DNA from: Octopus bimaculoides
Lineage: Eukaryota
Reading direction: 5' to 3'
Length of the DNA stretch: 38,640 nucleotides
Assembly: GCF_001194135.2 (NCBI RefSeq)
Contig: NC_068986.1
Location: 74,305,298-74,343,937, forward strand
The position numbers and the translations under genes are program-made. This document shows positions 11,070-22,922 of this stretch, one piece after another. The number at the start of each line of letters is the position of its first letter. Within the stretch, counting starts at the first letter, position 1. Below the pieces are notes generated by a model, which was not told where the DNA came from, searched no databases, and saw only the letters and a program-made list of their open reading frames with translations.

Positions 11070-11141
11070 ACTTACAATGAATGCAAACTATTATTGACTT
11101 ACAATGAATGCAAACTATTATTGACTTACAATGAATGCAAA
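11070..11141. repeat. 27-bp tandem repeat, about 2.7 copies
   Basis: Unit ACTTACAATGAATGCAAACTATTATTG. Confidence 0.9.
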
Positions 11142-11615
11142 AGATGAAAAGACTAGTATTTCAATTAGCATACTTAATGTTAAGTTAATCTATCAGACCG
11201 AGTACTTATGTAAGTTTTGCCATAGATACAGTATATATTTGTGTAAAAGATGAACTTTTAAAACTACTTATTTTTAAGGTTAAATTTATGGGCTTTACTA
11301 TTATAACATGGATATTAGATTTAAGAGGCTGAAATTCATGCTAGAATCCAAAATATTGTATCAGTAGCAGAAACCCAAATGATTTATAACTAAGAAACAA
11401 AACACAATGAATTACATTAGTCATAACAGTTTTACACATCAAAATGTATACCCTACTAAGTAACAATAACCATAAATAGGACTGTCTAACTTGTATAAAT
11501 ATTTATATTTGTCTTTTTACTTGTATTCACCACACTCAACAGACTTATTGAAATTAGTCCACATCACCTGCTCAGTGTGTTTCACACTAAAGTACTACAA
11601 CCACATTATTTTAAT

Positions 11616-11707
11616 GTTTGGCACTCCGTCGGTTATGACGACGAGGGTTCCAGTTGATCCTACGACCACGAATCCACTGCCCTAACCACTGGGCCATTGC
11701 GCCTCCA
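11616..11707 (-). mobile_element. Internally deleted mini-copy of SINE family A (92 bp) with 14-bp TSD
   Basis: The head is joined to the tail at GGATC. CACATTATTTTAAT is present at 11602-11615 and 11708-11721. Confidence 0.88.
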
Positions 11708-12254
11708 CACATTATTTTAATAATCATGGTTAAAATCACACTCACCACTGGTATGATGTATCAGTGTTGTAGTTGATTTCATTTTTTTTTTTGTAACTTA
11801 TTCTAGCTTAAGGCTTTAAATACCAAAATTAATAAAAAGATAAAAATGCAATGCCACTATCCATGCAAACAACAATCTCTGCTGATAATGTCTTCTTCTT
11901 CTACTCCTCCTCAGGGTTAATGACTCCCATTTTTTTTATTGTTATATTTTTATTATTTTTAATAAATTCAGTGTAGCTTAAGGCCATAAAATATAAAACA
12001 AACATTAAAATAAATAATGACAATAAAAGCAAAAAAGGAATTAGTAAACTTTTATTTATACATAAAAAAAGTCAAGTAGAAATTTATTAAGGCTTTTCAA
12101 TTGCAGGCTACATCTTAAATATTTGAAACACAAAAGTTCATTAAATTCCTGCAAAATCATATTTTTATCATCTTCAACACCAAATAATGGTACACTCTCA
12201 TAGACTGAAAAAGACAGTTTCTGCAATTTATTACTGAACTACCTGCATAAACGA

Positions 12255-12458
12255 TTTACTCTTTTACTTGTTTCAGTCATTTGACTGCAGCCATGCTGGA
12301 GCTCTGCCTTTAGTCGTGCAAATAGACCCCAGAACTTATTCTTTGTAAGCTTAGTACTCATTCTATCGGACTCTTTTGCCGAACAGCTAAGTTACGGTGA
12401 CGTAAACACACCAGCATCGGTTGTCAAGTGATGTTGGGGAGACACACACACACACACA

Positions 12459-12524
<66 letters not shown>

Positions 12525-12697
12525 CATATATACAACGGGCTTCTTTCAGTTTCCATCTACCAAATCCACTCACAAGGCATTGGTCGGCCCGAGGCTATAG
12601 TAGAAGACACTTGCCCAAGGTGCCACGTAGTAGGACTGAACCCGGAACCATGTGGTTGGTAAGCAAGCTACTTACCACACAACCACTCCTGCGCCTA
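12255..12697 (-). mobile_element. SINE family B, full length
   Basis: Homologous to 10402-10829, with an expanded internal (CA)n. Confidence 0.9.
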
Positions 12698-13139
12698 TGA
12701 AATTTGTTTATATTGATCAAATGTTTGTGCTGTACATTAGTTCACTCCCTCCATCAAATGGACATTGTCCAAACAGGTGCATGGTGTACTATGCATTAGA
12801 TGTTAAAATGATTTCAGAGCAATGTGGGATGAAGTATTTTGCTCAAGGACACAATGCACCATCTGGTCCAGGAATTGAAACCATGTCTTGTGATTGTGAA
12901 TGCAACATCTTAACTACTCACCATATGCCCTCTCAGCACTAAATAAAGCTCCATAATCATAAAGATTATTGTAAGGATCATCGTCATCATCCCACCTACT
13001 TCTTTTTCATCCATATCATTCCATAAATAATTGTCTTCAAGACTATTCAGAATGTTCAAAGTTCCACAACTATGTCAGCTTTTATTTGCATCCATGTATC
13101 AACAAGTCAAATACTGATCAGAGTCAGTGATTGAACCCA

Positions 13140-13680
13140 CATAGTGCCACCTTTTGTGTTCTTTTTCTCCATCATGTATCCATTTATTCCATTTGATTGT
13201 AATCAATTTTTTAAATGGTTTATTGGTACTGTTAGTATTGGTACTGTTAGTATTGGTACTGGTAGCAAGACACTTGTAAGTCCACCCGGAATTACAGTTG
13301 TTTCAGCATTTTGTAAACACAGATTTGTCTTAAACTTTTCCCAGATAAGCAAACTCTTCCCTTTTTTGTAGTCAATCAAGTCATAATTCCAAAACTTCTG
13401 TTATCTATTTTCTATTCTTATCCTCATCCATCCAACCTTGTGAATGCACATAGATCACAATTCTTTTTACAATTATTCCTTTGGTATAGCTTTCTGATTA
13501 AAAACAATATACATTTAACCATACAACTAAGAACTAAAGTGATCTTACTTTTACTTGTATCCAATGGTTCTCATCAATACTGTATTTTCTTTTTTTATCG
13601 CTTTTTGGAATCACAGTTTTTCTAATTTCCCATTACAAACTAGTATCTTATCTAAATCAACAGGTAACTTTTGTGTAATC
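13140..13680 (-). pseudogene. Decayed pogo/Tigger-type (DDE_1, POGK-like) transposase remnant
   Basis: Frameshifted minus-strand segments TQKLPVDL, TVLMRTIGYK, VLSCMV, IVFNQKAIPKE, VIYVHSQGWMDED, KSLLIWEKF, TTVIPGGLTSVL and NKPFKK..KWNKWIHDGEK follow the order of pogo DDE motifs. Confidence 0.8.
13221..13265. repeat. 15-bp tandem repeat x3 inside the pogo remnant
   Basis: Unit TATTGGTACTGTTAG. Confidence 0.9.
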
Positions 13681-13890
13681 TTGATTTTCTACCAAAGTAC
13701 TAAATATTAATTACTATCTCATGAAGTTGGTGCACCATCTAGCATGTGTTTTGAAATTCAAAAGTTGAGCTTCCTCTGATCTCAAGAGACTTTATGACTT
13801 GATTTTGTTTGTTTGATGATCTGTGACCCAATGTTTTGTGTAAATGATGCATCAGGAAGCTGAAACAAGGAGCCATTTGAGGTTTAGTGA

Positions 13891-14010
13891 AAAATCATGG
13901 AAGACTATTGGGTAACAATCCAGGAAATGGCTCATGAATTGGGAATAAACACAGGGTCAGTGTATTCCATTTTAACAGAGGATTTGTGCATGCAAAAATT
14001 GTCAACAAAA
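13891..14010 (+). pseudogene. mariner transposase fragment (second HTH region)
   Basis: KIMEDYWVTIQEMAHELGINTGSVYSILTEDLCMQKLSTK resembles the mariner pattern EDRRxTIRExAxELGISxGSVxxILTEDLGMxKxSAK. Confidence 0.7.
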
Positions 14011-14570
14011 CTGAACTCACTGCCAACTGCATGCTAAAACAAAATCCGTAACTACTGACATAGAACATCAGTGACTGAACAAGCACTGGTATTGCAATTA
14101 GCCACATGGCTGAATAAAAGTCCATTATATGCAACGGAATTATTTATTGTTTGTAACTTGTATAACCCGAAGTAAACATGATACAATTGTATTCTCAAAT
14201 CCATCTGATGATTGCTATATGCAGTATATTTACTACAAACATGAAACTTAACGAGTTATTGACCTGTAGCTTTCTTACAATTACTATACAACAATATATG
14301 CATGTAGGTGTGTGTAATGAATATCAACATCTACATGTGTGTGTGTTTGTGTGTGTATGTATGTGTGTGTGTGTCCCCCCCCCCTCAATATACATGCACA
14401 CAATTTACAGAAAGCACATGATGTTTGAATATTTCAGAACTATAAATTTCTTGTCTGGTTTGAATGTTTTTCACTTTACAGTTTATTATATCTTATAAAA
14501 ATGTGAACTTATTTATGACTTAAACTTGCACACAAATAATTTTGGATTCTCTGTGCACACACACACACAT

Positions 14571-14607
<37 letters not shown>

Positions 14608-14934
14608 CACACACACTCTTATACATGCACCAGGCATTCACATACAATGCACACACATAACACATAGCTGTGTATATGTATAAGAAAGTATGTGAAATCA
14701 GAGGTAACACAGTAGAGAGTCAATAGAATAAGTACAAGAAATGCATTTATTTAGCATATAAAATATTTTGTAATGAAATATCTGGTATATATGGTGATAA
14801 AACTGCAGAAACATTCACCCACTTTATTTTATTCACATTTATGATAATCTCTGTGATTCTCTGTTACTCAATCTATGTGTGGATGAATGGCAGACAGGTG
14901 GAAGCAAAGAAGCTGTTATTATTTGGTAAGAATG

Positions 14935-15046
14935 AGGTGGTGAGCTGGCAGAATCATTAGCATGCTGGACAAAATGTTTAGTGGTATTTTGCCTGTCACT
15001 ACGTTCTGAGTTCAAATTCCACCGAGGATGACTTTGCCTTTCATCC
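14935..15046 (+). mobile_element. SINE family C, truncated
   Basis: GGTGAGCTGGCAGAATCATTAGC...GAGTTCAAATTCC...CTTTGCCTTTCATCC, shared with 24816, 28790 and 33425. Confidence 0.8.
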
Positions 15047-15316
15047 ATAGGAAAAAAAAGTCTTCTTCCATAGCTTCTGATCTGCCTGTACTATATGAGT
15101 GAAACTGGGTAGATGAGATTTATGAAGAAGCCTCGTGAGATGGATTATGTTGTTGTTGGGTATTAGCCTTTATCCATCACCTGGCTTAACATCACCACCT
15201 TGTCGTGTGTGCAGGGTATATTGTTGCAGTTAATTGGGGCAGGTTTCTATACAGATGATAACTTCCTCAAACCCTAACTCTCTCATCCAACTTTGTTCAG
15301 TGGCCCCTGAGAAGGA

Positions 15317-15364
15317 TAACTGGAGCTGCCTTGTTTTTTCTGATTTGACCATTTAAGAACAAAT

Positions 15365-15455
<91 letters not shown>

Positions 15456-15866
15456 CTGACATGAAACAAAATTATGGCTGAAGGACTAAGTATGATCCTG
15501 AATGATAGTTGTGAATGGTGGGCTATAGCTGATGTGAATAAAGTAAGAGTAAGTGTTGGATAATAGTAGAAGTAGCCTGGTGAATAAAGAGTAATGACTG
15601 ACAGTGAAAGTAGAGTGTATTGAGAACAGTAATTGGAGCTGCCTTGTTTTCTCTGATTAAACCATTTAAGGACAAAGGGGGAAAAAAAGAGACTGAAATG
15701 AAACAGAGTTATGGCTGAATGACTAAGTGTGATCCATAAATCACTAAGTTTGGGTGAATGATGGGCTATAGCTGAAGTGAATAAAGCAAGAGTAAGTGTT
15801 GGATAGTAGTAGACGTAGTCTGATGAATAAAGAGTGATGACTAGCAGCGAAATTAGAATTTATTGG
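15317..15866. repeat. Diverged two-copy tandem duplication (about 235-bp unit); copy 1 carries (AG) x about 42
   Basis: TAA(C/T)TGGAGCTGCCTTGTTTT at 15317 and 15630, with collinear downstream blocks; (AG)n at 15369-15452. Confidence 0.9.
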
Positions 15867-16139
15867 ATGCAAACAGGTCTGATTCAGGTTATGTCCTGTA
15901 CTGTCTGTTGTTGGATAAGTTGTATTAGTGTATAAGAGATGAGAGGGGTGAGATATTTTTGAACATTTATTCTATGGATGAATCATCTATCTTAGAACTA
16001 ACTCAGATGCCCACAAGAAGCAAATGTATTTGAGTAATTGTTTTGAATAGTAGTCTTCATGCTCCAGCATGGTCACAGACCCAAAACTGAAACAGACGAA
16101 AGATAAAAGTTTTTTAACAAATATTAACCATTATATATG

Positions 16140-16172
<33 letters not shown>

Positions 16173-16271
16173 NNNNNNNNNNNNNNNNNNNNNNNNNNNN
16201 NNNNNNNNNNNNNNNNNNNNNNNNNNNNNNNNNNNNNNNNNNNNNNNNNNNNNNNNNNNNNNNNNNNNNNN

Positions 16272-16400
16272 CATCATCATCGTTTAACGTCTGCTTTCCA
16301 TGCTAGCATGGGTTGGACGATTTGACTGAGGACTGGTGAAACCGGATGGCAACACCAGGCTCCAGTCTGATTTGGCAGAGTTTCTACAGCTGGATGCCCT
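16272..16400 (-). mobile_element. Family D 3' fragment
   Basis: CATCATCATCGTTTAACGTC...CAGCTGGATGCCC is the reverse complement of 34730-34869. Confidence 0.8.
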
Positions 16401-16717
16401 ATAATTATATATATAATTATATATATGTGTGTGTGTGTATATATATAGACACAAACATATATATATATATATATATATATATGCATATATACATATATAT
16501 ATATATATATAATTATATATATATACACACACACAAACACCTTCAATCGCACACATATTTTGTATCCATGTTTATATATTTCTATGTGTATGAATAAATC
16601 TATATGTGTGTATGTTTTGTATACATATACATACTACATACATATGATCACACACACACACACACACACATCCACTTGCACACCAATTTATAAAATGTTA
16701 TTTTCGTCATCTTTCAG

Positions 16718-16897
16718 TTGGTGTATCAGTACATGGCCACCCAGTTTGACACCCGTGCATTGGATTATCATGTGACATTAGCACAAACCATACTTGGTTT
16801 ATGCATTGACCACCCCCAACTACAGAATGAGCTCTTCTGTCAGCTGATACGACAGACATCACGCCACCCAGTACAAAGCAAGATGAGTGGGATGCAG
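16718..16897 (+). CDS. PLEKHH2: Internal coding exon (phase 0-0, 60 aa), N-terminal part of the MyTH4 domain of a PLEKHH1/2 (max-1)-like PH-MyTH4-FERM protein
   Basis: Acceptor tcatctttcag|TTG and donor CAG|gtaagt. Translates LVYQYMATQFDTRALDYHVTLAQTILGLCIDHPQLQNELFCQLIRQTSRHPVQSKMSGMQ, matching the PLEKHH MyTH4 pattern DYHxxLAQxxLxxCxxHPxLQNExxCQLxxQT (recalled). The symbol denotes a co-orthologue of vertebrate PLEKHH1 and PLEKHH2. Confidence 0.93.
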
Positions 16898-17062
16898 GTA
16901 AGTTACTTATACTGAGAACCATTTTCTCTTGAGAGTTTCCAACAATGCTAATGGATTTTAATTTTTTGGCCTGAACAACATTAAGACACTAGTTTACCAA
17001 ATGTTTGTTCTTCCTCAAACCTAACAATGATTTTTTTGCCCTATTTCTTCTTTGAAATACAA

Positions 17063-17484
17063 TTACTCTTTTACTCTTTTACTTGTTTCAGTCATTTGTC
17101 TGTGGCCATGCTGGAGCACTGCCTTTAGTCGAGCAAATCGACCCCAGGACTAATTTTTTGTAAGCCTAGTACTTGTTCTATCAGCCTCTTTTGCTGAACC
17201 ATTAAGTTACGGGGACATAAACACACCAGCATCGGTTGTCAAACAATGTTGGGGGGACAAACACAGACACACAAACATATACACACACATACACGCACAT
17301 ATATATATATACATATATACGACGGGCTTCTTTCAGTTTCCGTCTACCAAATCCACTCACAAGGCTTTGGTCGGCCCGAGGCTATAGTAGAAGACACTTG
17401 CCCAAGGTGCCATGCAGTGCGACTGAACCCGGAAACATGTGGTTGGTAAGCAAGCTACTTACCATACAGCCACTCCTACGCCTA
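17063..17484 (-). mobile_element. SINE family B, full length
   Basis: Homologous to 10402-10829; lies about 165 bp downstream of the first exon's donor site. Confidence 0.9.
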
Positions 17485-17844
17485 TTATTATTTTTTTTTT
17501 CTTCAAGATGTTGTTGTGTGTTTTTGACAGAGAATTGGTTGAGTAGCCTTGTAGAATCTTGTAGTTGTGCCACCATATATTTCTTGATTCATACAGCCTT
17601 GTGTTTTATTCCAGTTTATTTTGATCTATGCTCCTTCAAATTCAGAATGGAGTGAAGTTGCTGGAATTTGGAAAGTAATAGGATTAAAGATGGAAAGAAA
17701 AAGAATTGAAACTCTTTTTGCAATAACTTTTGTAAATGTTTAAATTTACTGAACCTTTCAGGATTGCATTGAAATATAGATTAAACATAAGATATGTTAT
17801 TGCTTTGTTTATGTATGAATGTATATATGTATATATATGTGTAT

Positions 17845-18160
17845 GGTGAAGTGGCTTAGGGGTTAGGTTATTCAGCTCATGATCGTAAGGTCATGAGTTC
17901 GATTCCTGGTGGAGCATTGTGTTCTTGAGTAAAATACTGTATTTCATGTTGCTCCAGTCCACTCAGCTGGCAAAAATGAGTAATACTTGTATTTCAAAGG
18001 GCCAGCCTCATCACATTCTGTGTTGTGCTGAATCTGCCTGAAATCTACGTCAAGAGTATGCATGTCTGTGGAGTGCTCAGCTACTTGCACATTAATTTCA
18101 CAAGCAGACTGTTCTGTTGATCAACTGGAACCCTTGTCGTTGTAACCGACAGAGTGCCAA
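17845..18160 (+). mobile_element. SINE family A2
   Basis: Same head and mid-domain as 1146-1468 (B box GAGTTCGATTCC) and the family A tail. Confidence 0.8.
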
Positions 18161-19362
18161 TCAGTCACATATGTATATATAACATTATTGTAGCAGTGCA
18201 TGTTTTTTAGGTTTTTCTTCCACTATAATCCTGTGATCAGTACTGTTTAACAATTCTACCAGTTTGATATAGAGGAGCTTGATTAAGGAGTTGATTACAG
18301 CTTCTCAGAGTAATGTACTAATTGTAACTATGGCAAAACTTCATTATTGGACTTCAGTGAGTACTTACCATTCTCACTATAGTACATGTGTGTTATGTCA
18401 CAAAGGCTGTATATCAAATTATTATAAAGCAAGAGATAAATTGATCCAAAATCCTTTTGTTCTCCCTCTCATCATTCCCAATCAATCTAATTATTTGCTC
18501 CCATCAGAAATTATTTCTTTCTCCCTTTGTGACTGTTTATACTTGTTAATTGTAACACAGACCATTGGGGATTTCTTCAGATCCTACTGTTTACTTCATC
18601 ATATTACTGGTTGGTCACACAATTCTCTAATGTTCAAGCAAGTTCTTTGTTGCTAATAACTATCTTAAATATATAAAGACTGGTGAATATTCGCATTTGC
18701 AAAATAAAATAGTATTCAGTCTATAAGAGTGTGTTATTTTTATTAAAAACTGAAGCTCTTTGAATCACAACTCTAAGTTTTACATGGCTGATTATTCAAA
18801 TGATTAGAGTAGGGAAACAACATAACAGAAAAAGTACAAGTAAAAATATTTGCAAACACATTGAAAAATGGTTTTTCATGGAGATTGATTGGATATCAAA
18901 AAGAACAAAAACTTTCAGAAAATATGGCACTCATTCTTCTTTTCAGCTGACATACACAGAACATAATATATTCATCTATATGTTTAAAAAAACTTATCTG
19001 CATCTTTAGTATCAAATGTGTAAAATACATGGAAACAAGGAAGATAACTTTTGTTAATGAAGTTTTAGTGTTGAGGAATAACTGAATGTTTTGGTGCTAG
19101 TGTTTTTAATCTTTTCACAAAATGGCGTCTTTCAAAGATTGCTAATTAATTATGTAGAAAAGCCAGTTGGTATTTAGCAATTGCATAAAATATTAAAATT
19201 CACCAATTTTGTTCAAAATTGAAAAAAAGATTGTTATAGGATGTTATACTCCACTGAAAGATAAGGACCATGCTTTCTGGAGCCCTTAATGTAGGGATAC
19301 ACCCTTGCTTTTGTGTTTCACACTTATACTGAAAACATTTTTGCATGTGAATAGATGAAGAC

Positions 19363-19738
19363 AGTGGAGGCACAATGGCCCAGTGGTTAAGGCAGTGGAC
19401 TCGCGGTCAAAGGATTGCGCTTTCGATTCCCAGACCGTGCGTTGTGAGTGTTTATTGAGCAAAAACACCTAAAGCTCCACAAGGCTCCGGCAGGGGATGG
19501 TGGTGAACCCTGCTATACTCTTTCTCTCACTCTTACTTCCTGTTTCTGTTGTGCCTGTAATTCAAAGGGTCAGCCTTTTCATACTGTGTCACGCTGAATA
19601 TCCCCGAGAACTACATTAAGGGTACACGTGTCTGTGGAATGCTGAGCCATTTGCACGTTAATTTCACGAGCAGGCTGTTCTGTTGATTGGATCAACTGGA
19701 ACCCTCAACGTCGTAAGCAACGAAGTGCCAACAACAAC
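19363..19738 (+). mobile_element. SINE family A, full length
   Basis: Head GGAGGCACAATGGCCCAGTGG, (CAA)n tail, TSD AGATGAAGAC at 19353-19362 and 19739-19748. Confidence 0.9.
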
Positions 19739-20071
19739 AGATGAAGACCTCACATTTTCTGCCAATGATAATTGAATCGATAAACATGTGATGCATCTTT
19801 GTTTTTGGTAACCAATCAATGCCAATAACTGATCATATTTTGATGTGTTTAAGAATATTTTTGCTTGTACATTGTCATGCTGTTTCTCTCTTTAATTGAT
19901 TCAATAATCAGGAACATGAAAATTAAAATAAGAATTTAAGAAGCTTGAGCTTCTTAAAAAAAAATATTGAAAATTATAAAATTAGTTAAGCTTCTCATTT
20001 AGAAAGTCTTACTTATATTTCTTCTTTACATCATTTGAAATAATTGCATTTAGTATTCAAATATTTTTCAG

Positions 20072-20292
20072 AATCTGCTCCTCTGTGGTAAACATTCCTG
20101 GTTCATTTGTGACAGTGCACATAAATCTCCATCATCATCCATTATGGACCTCTCTGAATCCAAGCTAAATCCAGCTCCCTACATTATTCAACAAGGCTGG
20201 GAGCTGTTGTCTATGTGTGTATCTCTCTTCCTGCCTAAACAGAGTGTCATGTGGTTACTAAAAGTACACCTGCAAAGAAATGCTGACCCCAA
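20072..20292 (+). CDS. PLEKHH2: Internal coding exon (phase 0-2, 73 codons + 2 nt), middle of the PLEKHH MyTH4 domain; not in the ORF track
   Basis: Acceptor atatttttcag|AAT and donor AA|gtaaag. Translates NLLLCGKHSWFICDSAHKSPSSSIMDLSESKLNPAPYIIQQGWELLSMCVSLFLPKQSVMWLLKVHLQRNADP(K), with the typical QGWxLLxxCVxLFLP...LWxLxxHLxRNAD motif. Phases fit both neighbouring exons. Confidence 0.93.
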
Positions 20293-20477
20293 GTAAAGTC
20301 TTTATTCTTATCACATAAATATTTCTGCTTTTTTATATTTTTTTTATTTTTGTTATTTTTTTGCTGATGTTTTTATTTTGCATCAAATGTTTCAGTATAA
20401 TGTTTGCAATAAAAATAGCACCAAAAAGAGAGTAAAGATCTATTATTCAAGACTATTAGCCTTACCATTAGAATATA

Positions 20478-20853
20478 TCATCATCATCATCATCATTATC
20501 AACGTCATCCTCCTTCAATGTCTGTTTTCCTTTTGGCATGGATTGAATGGTTTGACCAGAGCTGGCAACTGGAAAGCTGCACCAGGATCCAGTCTGATTT
20601 GGCATGATTTCTATAGTTGAATGCCCTTCCTAATGCCAACCACTTCACAGTGTGTTCTGGGTGTTCTTAATGTAGCACTGGTACGAGTTCTTGTATGTGG
20701 TGCTGGCATGAGTGGTTTGTACCTGGCACCAACACAAGTGCTTTTTACATGGCACTGGTACAGGACTCTTGCAGGTCAATCCTCTTCGTCAGGGGGAGTG
20801 GCCTTAATAATTCTGCTGTGGAGGATGGATCTTCTTGAGTACAGCAAGGTGCC
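20478..20853 (-). mobile_element. Family D, diverged
   Basis: (CAT)n tail and body homologous to the reverse complement of 34568-34869. Confidence 0.7.
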
Positions 20854-21043
20854 ATATATCTACATATTTACAATATTTATATTACATCTCTATTTGATCA
20901 ATTTGATCTCAAATAATTCTAAACTATCTTATTCCAGGATGTGTACTTAGTCCCAGACTAGATTTGATCGAGGAACCTTTATTTCTAAATTAACAACAGT
21001 AATTTTAATAATATTGTATTTACACATATAATAAAGTAGATAT

Positions 21044-21305
21044 GAGAGCACATAGCCAAGTAGTTTGGCTATTACACTCATGATCACGTGATCAGGAGTT
21101 CAATTCCTGGACCAGGCAGTGCGTTGTGTTTTTAAGCAAAACACTTCATTTTTACATTGCTTTTGTAATCTTTTTGACATCTGATGTGTGGCACGCTCTG
21201 CACGTGTACAGACAATGTCAATTTGATGGAGTGAATTAACTTTATGTGCAGCACAAACATTTGATCACTGTAAACAAATCACCTGTACAGGTCGTTCAGT
21301 TAAGA
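21044..21305 (+). mobile_element. SINE family G (related partial copies at about 7170-7275 and 12760-12935, both minus strand)
   Basis: B box GAGTTCAATTCC and a GTG...AGCAAAACACTTCAT...CATTGCT domain shared with the two minus-strand copies. Confidence 0.6.
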
Positions 21306-21597
21306 AATTGTGGAAACTATCTTTCTTAGGTTGAGAGTCTATCATTAATTGATTGTGTATGCACCACTGGTGCATATAAAATAACCTATGCAATTATCCT
21401 AGCAAACAAGAACATAGGCATTACTTTGGAAATAATAGTTGTTATTTCTAAACAGTTTGGAATTATATACTCATCCAAGAACAAGACATCTAATAAAGAT
21501 CACAGACTGAAATACAGTGTTCATAGAAATAGTGTAAATATGCACTTGAAACATGAATTAACTGTCCAAAATAATGATCTTTTATATTTCACCCTTG

Positions 21598-21817
21598 GCT
21601 TGTTTCAGTCATTAGACTGAGGCCATGTTGGGGCACTGCCTTGAAGAATTTTAGTTGAATGAACCAAACTCAATATTTATATTTAAAGTCTGGTACTTAT
21701 TTTATCGGTCTCTTTTACTGAACTGCTAAGCTATGGAGACATAAACACACCAACATTTGTCGTCAAGTGGTTGTGATGAAAAAACAAACACAAACTGAAA
21801 GACATACACACACAAAC

Positions 21818-21888
<71 letters not shown>

Positions 21889-22046
21889 ATAGGCTTCTTT
21901 CAGTTTCCATCTACCAATCCACTTACTAGGCTTTGGTCAGCCTGAGGTTATATAGAAGACACTGGCCCGAGGTGCCACACAGTGGGACTGAACCTGAAAC
22001 CATGCGGTTGGTAAGCAAGCTTCTTACCACACAGCCATGCCTGCAC
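21598..22046 (-). mobile_element. SINE family B, older and more diverged copy
   Basis: Same head, body and tail order with more substitutions; internal (TA)n. Confidence 0.8.
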
Positions 22047-22583
22047 TTTTGATAATCTTAATTAAAAAAAATTTCTCTCAGACATTTAAACATTAAATCA
22101 ATTATTGATTTGTAATCACAAATAATTTTCTTTCCTCTGTTTTTTTCTCTTTCTTTTTCTTCTTATAAATGACATTTATTCAGAGCGAGCAGTTGTAAAA
22201 TTGCAATTAATTCTTGGTCACTTTCCCAAAATTACAAGTTGGGTCAACAGTGGAATTTTATTTTATTTGTCAGTTGATCTTCAAATGTATTGAGTAGCTA
22301 TTGAATATCAATTTTCATCACCATTTTCAACATTACCATCAGCACAATCACCGTCACCAATACCATCATCACTTCCCCTAAGATACTTAGTAAGCAATGA
22401 ATAGTTTATAGCCAGCATTAAGTGTTGAATACTGGTTAATTTATTAGAGAAATGATTAAAAAAAGAAAAATAGAAATCAAATGAATTTAAGTTTCATGAT
22501 TGATTAATCTACCAGGAAAGCATTGATTACTAAGTCCTCCAGGAAGGCAAGGATTTAGAAAACATATGTAGCATCCCCTAGAT

Positions 22584-22922
22584 CAGGGGTTCTCAAACAC
22601 TTTTTATCTATGGACCCCGCTTTGATTGCTATTTTATTCTAGTGGACCCCGTAGCCATTCGATGTTTAAAAACTAGTTTTATAGAATGTTATTTATTAAT
22701 GTTTTCAACATTAATTTGTGTAGGTTGAACTTTGTCAAATGTTAGAGAAAGAAATCTAGCTGTTTCTTGCAACACATACCAGTACCTATGTCTAAAGCAA
22801 ATTTTTTTCAGGGGCCCTTAAAATACTATTGTGGATCCCCACTTTACTATTTTATTGTGTGGACTCCTTAAAATCTAATGTGGACCCACAAGGGTCATAT
22901 GGACCCTGTTTGAGAACCACTA
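22584..22922. mobile_element. hAT (Charlie-like) MITE, 339 bp
   Basis: TIRs CAGGGGTTCTCAAAC and GTTTGAGAACCACTA; perfect 8-bp TSD CCCTAGAT at 22576-22583 and 22923-22930. Confidence 0.9.

Noticed and set aside
11070-11141. 27-bp direct repeats as a possible CRISPR-like array (also the 20-bp repeat at 32201)
   Set aside because: Head-to-tail tandem units with no unique spacers, in a eukaryotic context with no cas genes.
14880-14930. EAKKLLLF followed by gtaag, a candidate upstream PLEKHH exon end
   Set aside because: The donor would be phase 1, but the next exon needs phase 0. There is no upstream similarity to the expected LTTLPSE-like motif.
15820-15852. CTGATGA...GAAA spacing resembling a hammerhead
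   Set aside because: No stem II pairing, and the duplicate copy reads CTGGTGA; a chance match.
19363-19440. tRNA-like sequences at SINE heads (all families)
   Set aside because: They have A/B boxes but continue into repeat bodies with TSDs and lack a complete cloverleaf and terminator. They are SINE heads, not tRNA genes.
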